Assembly (NCBI GenBank): GCA_018985225.1
Contig: JADGIF010000579.1
Coordinates: forward strand, 1 to 6,440
Length of the DNA: 6,440 nt
From: Amoeboradix gromovi X-113
Taxonomy: Eukaryota; Fungi; Sanchytriomycota
Reading direction: 5' to 3'
Of this stretch, positions 1 to 6,440 are shown piece by piece. Position 1 is the first letter of the stretch. Each line of letters opens with the position of its first letter. Under the pieces are notes generated by a model. That model was not told where the DNA came from. It worked only from the letters and a program-made list of their open reading frames with translations, and did not search any database. The position numbers were made by a program, and so were the translations under genes.

Positions 1-265
1 AGTCAAAGCCCCACCCAGCTCTAAAAAAGTCTATAAATACAACAAACCGAATCTTCAAGGCATTGAATGCCTGCTAACAAAGTAATCGATATAAGAGACC
101 TAGAGATATGATCTGTGAATCTGGTACTTCAACAAACAGTAAGCTTTGCTAAATGATACAGCATTACTAAATTAAATTGTTTCTTTTACTTTACAGTCAA
201 GTTCTCGGAAATAACGTGCCTGGGTAAAGTTTTCTGTTCAGTTGTGGTGTCTTGTGGCACATTTA

Positions 266-585
266 ATGAAATTTCTTTTTCATATTCTTTATAGTTCTGG
301 ATTTGGGGTTATAACATTACGTGAAGCTACCTTATGGGACACCAACTATAAAAAGTAGACTAAGTCGTTTTTAAAGGAAGTGCTCCTTATTCAATCCCGC
401 CTCAGGGTAATGCAAGCGTGAGCAGTCACTGTAATTGAGTATCTAGCATTGCTACTTTCTCTGTGAAAACTCTCGACTTTCTTGGAAATTAAATCGTTTG
501 AAAAGCTTTCAAGGTAGCTACGAAACTGTTTGGCCAGATCCGAATATTTCTTATCTATCTACTAATTCCACTATCTCAGAATAAC
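266..585 (+). pseudogene. Degenerate gene relic A of an unknown, possibly secreted protein family; boundaries approximate
   Basis: The ATG at 266 opens MKFLFHILYSSGFG (signal-peptide-like). Then 373..495 reads KGSAPYSIPPQG...IATFSVKTLDFLGN*I, homologous to 4561..4651. It has in-frame stops and frameshifts. Confidence 0.45.
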
Positions 586-1408
586 AGTCCAGTAAAAATG
601 ACAAACTCTACTAGCTATTCTATGTGACAACCCTTAGCCCATCTCGCATTTTTAAGTCGAGCCTTAAAAACTGCTCACTAGACTTTATTCTAGTCGAGGA
701 TTATCATAACAAAGGGTAAATCTCAATTGACTGAAATACTTATGTAAGCTTGAAATCTGAGGCAGTTTCATGTACTTTTACCAGCTAATTTTCAAGCTTT
801 GTCCCGCTTGTTCATTTAATACCTCTTTGAAAAGTACTTTATTTCTCATCTATTCCGATCGAGGTTAAATGGCCATGTTCAATTCGCTGAGATTATTGAT
901 CCACTAGGTTCTTTTGGTGGCAAAGCACAATAACCCTCAATCGTATTTTGTATTTAAAGCTTGATATTTTGAAAGGCAATTTCTGTTTATTTATGTCAAA
1001 AGAAGATTCCGATTGAACTGCGAATTTTGATTACCAGTGACTAGCGCTATCAATTTATGGCAACAATTTTACCATTTTCAAAAAGAGACGTCTGACCATT
1101 AACAAGTGAAAAAATAGTCCAATTTGTTAATGCACTTTACTTTCTAATGAAATCACAGAAATTCGCAATAGCAATTAACTATACGATCAATTGCCTGCAA
1201 CGCATTGCCGCCGCAATGTGAATATTAACTCGCCTTGAAAAATTAACGATTGTATTCAAAAACAGCTTGATGATTTAAGCTATATTGTGATAAGCGTAAG
1301 GCTTCATGCTGCCGAAAATGACTCAGCTTTCTCGTCTTATTGCATGAGTGTTCGTGTTTTTGTGTAGTGTAATACAAGTGAAAACAAACATCAAATTTTA
1401 ACATAGAT

Positions 1409-1414
1409 TTTATT
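1409..1414 (-). terminator. Putative polyadenylation signal AATAAA overlapping the stop codon
   Basis: The minus strand reads GAT TAA TAAAAT. Confidence 0.5.
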
Positions 1415-2958
1415 AATCTTCCTCTTCTACCTTCTCTTCGATTAACCCTCCGCTCAAAGCCTCTTCAATTAAAACGTCATTAATGCTCGCCCAAATCTCT
1501 GTTCCTGTTGGTTTAATCTGGCTAGCCGGCAACAGAAACCCATATCCAAAGAAGGACGGCCTAGGTCTTAATTCAATAACGTATGGAATAGTTCTAAAGT
1601 AGTTAGTACTACCCTTCCATTTCTGCATAAACACCCATTCCACGCTTGTACCGCTCGTGAAATACAAGTCGTATGCAGTTTGACTGGTGTAAATTTTACC
1701 ATTTGCTCCTCTGATAGATTGCCTAATATCATTTCCAATTTCTTTTAGTCTCTTTTCCCATATTGATGGCTCTGAGGAAGAGCAAGGTGGTCTTAGTATC
1801 AACTGAGAATAGCTATGCAAAGTCAAAAACACTTGGACTCCTTCCAAACCACGTATATAATCAGCTATTGCCTTGGTCTCACTTTCTGATTCTGCTGTCG
1901 CTCCGCAATATATTTCGCTTTTTGGATCCTTTAATCCTGGTGCATCTTCAGTTCCCTGTCCCCAGTTAGCTTCAAAATTTCTATTTAAATCCACACCATA
2001 TTCGCCATTAAAAGTAGGCCTACGGTTCTTTCTCCATAGTCTATTCTGCTCCCACGTATAGACGTACCCATCAGGATTAGCCACTGGATTCTAAATTATC
2101 TAAAAATACCAAAATAAATTCTATTTTTTCCCATTCTTTGGTTTCCTTTTTTAACAAAATATTCCATGCAATAAATTGTAAAGTGCTGCCACCTACCCAT
2201 TCTCTGGCATGAATTAAGCTCTGTATATAAATTCTTTTACGCTCCCCTTTGTACTTTGGAAAAGGTTTGATATGGTAGGCATTGATTTCTCTCTTTTCGT
2301 ACGAATATCCCATAAAATGCTTAGTCATAACATCGTCATGCGCAGCCAACCATTCGTCAAACAAAGAGACAATAGCTTCAAATGGATGATAGTCATCAAA
2401 CCACGTTTTTGGATCAAAACGATATTCTGTTGACTCTGATTTATATGGATACTGGCCAAGTTCAGACATCATTTCATCTACATCTGTGACCAACACCTGA
2501 AAAACGCTGTCTGGCGAGTTTTCTGATATCAAATCAGCGATCAAAGTGAATTGATGATATGGAATTAGGACATCTACATACTCCCGAGACAAATGCCAAA
2601 CGTCAAAGTAAAATTGATGAATCAGCGTGATAAGCGCTTTGCTAGGTTTGTTAATTCGTAGAATACGGGATGGACCTGTTTGCTCAGCTTCAACCCACTC
2701 GATAGGAACTTCGTCCTGCTCCTTTTCTAGTTCTTGCATTAAATGGTCAATATAAGCGTCCTGGTCTTGCTCTTCCAGATTTTCAGACTTTTTGTTGAAC
2801 CACGTCTCAATCTCGTTTAATAACTGACTTTTGATGTTATTTTTTTTAAATGCTAAATCTTGGAAATTTAGTTTGCTGTCTGATAGGTTATCTTCAACTT
2901 CAGCGTCGAGATTGAACTGCTCAGAAGCAACCAGAGTCATGAAGAACTGATAAAACAT
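1413..2958 (-). CDS. Secreted zinc carboxypeptidase, family M14A (carboxypeptidase A-like) with prodomain; two exons, complement(join(1413..2090,2110..2958)), 508 aa
   Basis: Exon 1 carries a short hydrophobic N-terminus (MFYQFFMTLVAS), a propeptide-like segment (FDVWHLSREYVDVLIP) and IHAREW (zinc ligands H69/E72). Exon 2 carries WRKNR (R127), GVDLNRNF (N144/R145), LTLHSYSQ (H196), LYFTSGTSVEW (Y248) and IELRP (catalytic E270). Removing 2091..2109 gives EFIL-NPVANPDGY, matching the conserved M14 'F.I.P.VNPDGY' motif. Confidence 0.95.
2091..2109 (-). other. 19-nt spliceosomal intron, phase 0 (GTATTTTTAGATAATTTAG)
   Basis: GT..AG ends. Removal fuses the two carboxypeptidase ORFs in frame and restores motif spacing. 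The other nearby acceptors fail: the 10-nt option gives a stop and the 26-nt option gives the wrong frame. Confidence 0.88.
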
Positions 2959-2984
2959 TTGAACGAATGACTGTGCCGTCGCTT

Positions 2985-2997
2985 CATTTTTTTTATA
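2985..2997 (-). promoter_or_regulatory. Putative TATA box of the carboxypeptidase gene
   Basis: TATAAAAAAAATG on the minus strand, starting 39 nt upstream of the ATG at 2958. Confidence 0.45.
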
Positions 2998-3176
2998 GAT
3001 TTAGTCAGCACATTTCAATAAGTGCAGGCAGAAAAGATGGCAAAACTAAGTGTTTGTGATTTGCAGTGAGAAAACATGTTCCTAAAACTATAACTTTCCG
3101 GTAGGACAAATCTTAGGAATTATTTCAGGCATGACAGATATATCAGGTCAAAACAGATCTGAGTTCCTACTTGTGT

Positions 3177-3187
3177 TATAAAAAATG
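3177..3187 (+). promoter_or_regulatory. Putative TATA box of the membrane-protein gene
   Basis: TATAAAAAATG starting 41 nt upstream of the ATG at 3218; it mirrors the element on the opposite strand. Confidence 0.45.
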
Positions 3188-3217
3188 CTATGAATAGACG
3201 CTTCATGTGCTTGGAAT

Positions 3218-4180
3218 ATGAGCGACTATGATAATCAAAGTAAGAAGAAACCGATAATTGGTAAACTGCTCTATGTAGTTAAGTCTAAATTAGAGTTAAG
3301 CCATAATGAAAAGTTCAAGGAACTTGGGGACAAACTAAAAGTGTCTCCCCAGTTACTAGGCTTTCCTGAAGGGGATTCTGAAACCCGCACAGAAGTAGAG
3401 GACTCAAACAACACTTCAGCCACAGAAAGCAATAGCAACAATGACATCGGTTCATCTAATGGTAGTAACGGCTCACCTAACAGTAGTGACTGGAATTCAA
3501 CTGCCGCAACTAACAATAATGGCACAGCTCCCGCTGGAGAAACAAGTCTTTTCAAATTAATGGATTCAGACCCCACTACTGATCAAATGGACGTAACTTT
3601 TATACCCGGAAATTGCTTCGCTATATCATCTGATTATGTTGCGCCGTTTAATGGTCAGTTAATGCAACCGTTTAAAATTCAAGACCTTAATATAGACTCA
3701 AGTGACGCGCTAAACTCTCTGTTTAGCAATTTTAAAAGCAACTCCTCAGACTGCGACAAATACGCCTATCTCGAATTGACTAGCAGAGCTTTAATTAGTT
3801 CTAAAGAATGCACGGGTAAACCGATGTGTAAGCAAGACTGCGAACAGATGAACATTGATATGGAACTATGTGGTTTTCCTTCTCAATTATGCGAGGATGC
3901 TTCCAATTGCGTTCCCATCAATTCAACAAGTAACATTGCATATCTAGGAGTTTTAGCATGGTGGGTTGTGCTACTTATTGTACTAGCTTTGCTTTTACTG
4001 ATAGGTCTTGTAGTTTGCTGTGTTTGCAAAAAACGAAAGGAATCTAGATACATCCAATCGACAGACTCTATTGATTCAGATAATCCAAACGTAAGAAATA
4101 TCGCACAGGAAGAAGGCGATAATGATGCACCAGTTGCAGTCCAGGACGATTTAGAGTCAAATCGTAGCAGCAAAATTTAA
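3218..4180 (+). CDS. Hypothetical single-pass membrane protein: Asn/Ser/Thr-rich linker, Cys-rich domain, transmembrane helix, acidic tail (320 aa if unspliced)
   Basis: 963-nt ORF ending in TAA followed by AATAAA. It contains a low-complexity N/S/T tract and a Cys cluster (C..CDKY..CTGKPMCKQDC..LCGFPSQLCEDASNC). A hydrophobic stretch (VLAWWVVLLIVLALLLLIGLVV) is followed by CCVC and the basic stop-transfer KKRK. Small in-frame introns cannot be excluded. Confidence 0.85.
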   Translation: MSDYDNQSKKKPIIGKLLYVVKSKLELSHNEKFKELGDKLKVSPQLLGFPEGDSETRTEVEDSNNTSATESNSNNDIGSSNGSNGSPNSSDWNSTAATNNNGTAPAGETSLFKLMDSDPTTDQMDVTFIPGNCFAISSDYVAPFNGQLMQPFKIQDLNIDSSDALNSLFSNFKSNSSDCDKYAYLELTSRALISSKECTGKPMCKQDCEQMNIDMELCGFPSQLCEDASNCVPINSTSNIAYLGVLAWWVVLLIVLALLLLIGLVVCCVCKKRKESRYIQSTDSIDSDNPNVRNIAQEEGDNDAPVAVQDDLESNRSSKI

Positions 4181-4190
4181 AATAAATAAA
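4181..4190 (+). terminator. Putative polyadenylation signal (two overlapping AATAAA) directly after the stop codon
   Basis: The plus strand reads TAA AATAAATAAA. Confidence 0.5.
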
Positions 4191-4560
4191 AGCAGATTTA
4201 TGGTAATGGTGGTTTATTAGATTAGTTCATTTCTTTAGATATTCAACCTTCAGCAATCTTTCTATTTCTCATAAAAAAGGAAACTGCTATCTAATTAAGT
4301 CCTTATATCCAACTGAATGTGCTATAGCGCTTCTGTATGATCTCTTTCTAGACCTTCTAACTGGATAAAACAGCATATTCAGAAGCTGGTCTAGAGACAA
4401 AGTGGAAAAAAAAGAAAGACATTGACGGAATTTATTGAAGCATTAAATAACCAAAACTGTACAAGGTGTAGAGCTCTAGAGAAACCAGTTTGGGAAATAT
4501 ATGCTAAAACTGTCATTAGGAAGCGGGTTGTGAATATACGGCAGCAAGAAACATAATGTC

Positions 4561-4651
4561 AAAGCATATGCACCGTATTCAATCACGCCGTAGGGTAGGG
4601 TGAGTTGCCCGTTTCTCTGTGCAAATTGCAGATTATTTAGAAAATCAGGTT
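4561..4651 (+). pseudogene. Degenerate gene relic B, paralogous to relic A; core match only
   Basis: KAYAPYSITP*G (4561..4596) and VARFSVQIADYLENQV (4604..4651) are collinear with the two blocks of relic A. It has one internal stop and a frameshifting length difference between the blocks. Confidence 0.5.
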
Positions 4652-4776
4652 CTCTGATGGTAAGCCACAATTAGGCATTCAAAACATCTTTTTTATTTAC
4701 TGAATAAGTGGATTTGAAATCTGGAACAAGGATGGAATTGTGGCTGGATTTCGAGAGCAATTACAGTATAACATCA

Positions 4777-4782
4777 TTTATT
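4777..4782 (-). terminator. Putative polyadenylation signal AATAAA overlapping the stop codon
   Basis: The minus strand reads AAG TAA ATAAAT. Confidence 0.5.
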
Positions 4783-6001
4783 TACTTCTTACCTGAAGGT
4801 TGCAAAGACGTAAATATTACCATTGCAACGATTAATATAGAGAGTACAACACAAGCAACTAGTAATATTTTATGAATATCAATGCCGCAAACTTTGTCCT
4901 CAAATATAACTTGCATAGTCTCATTAGTACCTGTAAAAGGTGGCATTTCAAAGAGCTTAGACTGCTCTTCTGTGAGACCCTGATCTGTAAATTGTTTCCT
5001 AATTTCAGACTTATCCAAGTAATCATTATCGGTTGCAAAAAAAACAGCTTTAAAGTACTTATAAGCTTTCTTTTGTTCAGGAGATTTAGGAGTTTGTTCG
5101 GCACTATTTTTTGTCCATACTGCCGGTGACGAAGGGTCAATTGACGAGTTGCAAAATGACTTGTTTCTAGCATCAACAAACTTCGGATTATTTATTTCAG
5201 CATTTTCAACTGGTTTAGAAAATTGTGTTATAATTCCAGGAGGTACAGCAGATTTAGGAAATTTTCCAACCGCAACCTTTTCTGGAACTCTTGTCAACAT
5301 TGATGATGGAAATGCTGATTTTGGCGCTGGTGATTTTAATATTTCTTCTCTGTATTTGTCGTAGGATTGAATATTAGCAGATCCTGGCTTGATATTTCTA
5401 GGTGTAATCTGAAATACCGATTTCTTTCTAGCACCAGCTCCTTCCATTTCGACTACTCTTGGTGAGTTCAAAGTCCATTGCTGATCTTCGCTTATTGGGG
5501 ACCGAGTAATGATTTTTAGTCCTGGCTTCTTTTTCACAGGTGTACTACTATTAGATGGCAACGCGGGGTGTGCAGCATCAATCTGAATTTCTTCAAATTC
5601 TTTTCCGTCCAAATCTTCTAATTTTGTGATTTCACGGTCTAGAAAAGTATCCTCTTGAACTACCATAAAATATCTTACATCGCCAATTATATCCGTATTA
5701 GTAAATGGGTTTAATACATGAAGTCTATGCAGCAGTTTTTTTTCTAAATAAACCTGAGTTTGGAACAATACTTTGTTTATCTGCCAAGCATCATAATATG
5801 AATAAAAGACTCTGTTGGGTTGTTTTGGGTCCTATATTAGTAAGAAGTTACCCAAGTCTGAACCTGTGCTATTATCATTGTTTTTTGGGCTACTCTGTAG
5901 GCAGCTATGGTGTCACTGAAGGGCTCTAGAGTAAAGCAGTCCTCAAAATCTGCAGTCAACACGTCTACTGTTTTGTTATCCTTGACAAATCTTAGAAACA
6001 T
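4782..6001 (-). CDS. DUF5092-like domain protein with disordered SP/TP-rich middle and C-terminal transmembrane anchor; two exons, complement(join(4782..5831,5852..6001)), 399 aa
   Basis: The first in-frame ATG is at 6001. Splicing 5832..5851 gives EDCFTLEPF...IIAQVQTW-DPKQPNRVFYSYYDAWQINKVLFQTQ...LLHRLHVLNPFTNTDIIGDVRYF. I recall this as resembling the fungal/microsporidian DUF5092 family (from memory, not searched). The C-terminus is ILLVACVVLSILIVAMVIFTSL plus the short basic tail QPSGKK. Confidence 0.8.
5832..5851 (-). other. 20-nt spliceosomal intron, phase 0 (GTAACTTCTTACTAATATAG)
   Basis: GTAA donor, branch-point-like TACTAAT and TAG acceptor. It contains an in-frame TAA. Removal joins the 76-aa and 328-aa ORFs into one frame that starts at a real ATG. 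Confidence 0.9.
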
Positions 6002-6373
6002 AACTTCAAAAGTGTGGCTTGTAAAAAGTTGACCAAAACATCCAATAGATTCAACAAATGACAACAATAAGTTTATTTTTATCTTGTTTTTTTAAAACCA
6101 ATCATATCTGACTGCTCTCTAAAGCATTGACGGCAAATGTTTAAACCATATTTTCTAATAATAGCACTTTTGTGTGCACATACTCTACATTGATAACTTC
6201 CTTTACCATAAGTACGTGGTCTACTGAAGTAAACTGCGGAATGAGCCATGATTCGTAATTTCGTGGTAAATCATAATTTCTGACATACTGGCACGTGAAT
6301 ATTATGAAACATTATTCCGTATGAAAATGAAAAGCAGCAGGATTGTTTTCTTGAATATATCATTTATCGCGAA

Positions 6374-6404
6374 TTTGTATGCATTTTTGTATGCATTTTT
6401 GTAT
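6374..6404. repeat. Short tandem repeat, 12-bp unit TTTGTATGCATT, about 2.6 copies
   Basis: TTTGTATGCATT TTTGTATGCATT TTTGTAT, read directly. Confidence 0.85.
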
Positions 6405-6440
6405 AATTTCACCGCTTTTCCAGATTTTTCTAATGGCTTA

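Noticed and set aside
139-161. Intron-like 23-mer GTAAGCTTTGCTAAATGATACAG
   Set aside because: It has a good donor and acceptor, but no flanking open frame could be assembled, so it is unsupported in this window.
58-694. Short inverted repeats at 58..72, 649..670 and 677..694
   Set aside because: Arms of 6-8 bp in AT-rich DNA are expected by chance, and there is no target-site duplication or transposase.
770-786. U5 loop-like CTTTTACCAG
   Set aside because: It does not match GCCTTTTAC fully and has no closing stem.
1325-1375. U2 snRNA-like words (GCTTTCTCG ... GTGTAGT)
   Set aside because: It lacks the conserved GCTAAGATCAA segment and stem I, and the spacing is wrong.
1763-2061. Plus-strand ORFs of 68 and 62 aa
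   Set aside because: Antisense shadows of the carboxypeptidase exon with no recognisable protein features.
2077-2109. Programmed frameshift or pseudogene explanation for the split carboxypeptidase
   Set aside because: A frameshift would leave about 6 extra residues in a tightly spaced motif, whereas a clean GT-AG excision restores it and all catalytic residues are intact.
3271-4173. Minus-strand ORFs of 101 and 96 aa
   Set aside because: Antisense to the 320-aa gene; their Leu/Ser richness mirrors its Asn/Ser/Asp codons.
3191-4397. Selenocysteine reading of the TGA at 3191 with the 4345..4397 hairpin as SECIS
   Set aside because: The hairpin lacks correct AUGA/GA quartet geometry, lies beyond the likely poly(A) signal, and the TGA is probably upstream of the transcription start.
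373-4651. Alternative genetic code (TAA/TAG = Gln) suggested by relic stops aligning with Gln
   Set aside because: All three intact genes end in TAA and have no internal TAA/TAG over more than 1200 codons; the relics also carry TGA and frameshifts.
4476-4670. 64-aa minus-strand ORF
   Set aside because: It starts at TTG directly after a stop with no ATG, and it is antisense to relic B, whose conservation lies on the plus strand.
4859-5929. Four small ORFs overlapping the DUF5092-like gene
   Set aside because: Alternative-frame or antisense shadows of a well-supported CDS.
1-6440. Prokaryotic interpretation (operon, CRISPR, IS element)
   Set aside because: No repeat-spacer array or transposase was seen; spliceosomal introns and poly(A) signals indicate a eukaryote.

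Overview
Compact, AT-rich eukaryotic DNA using the standard code; gene content suggests an early-diverging fungus or relative (inference). There are three intact protein-coding genes. (1) A secreted M14A zinc carboxypeptidase on the minus strand, which the ORF track splits in two; a 19-nt GT-AG intron joins the halves. (2) A Cys-rich single-pass membrane protein on the plus strand, divergent from gene 1. (3) A DUF5092-like tail-anchored protein on the minus strand, also split in the ORF track and joined by a 20-nt GT-AG intron. The main signal is this pair of ultra-short spliceosomal introns, which share GTA...TAAT-W-TAG with a putative branch A at -6. Other signs of compaction are AATAAA on or next to every stop codon and mirrored TATA boxes about 40 nt upstream of the two divergent start codons. 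Two intergenic regions (about 373-495 and 4561-4651) are homologous, stop-interrupted relics of one unknown gene family.
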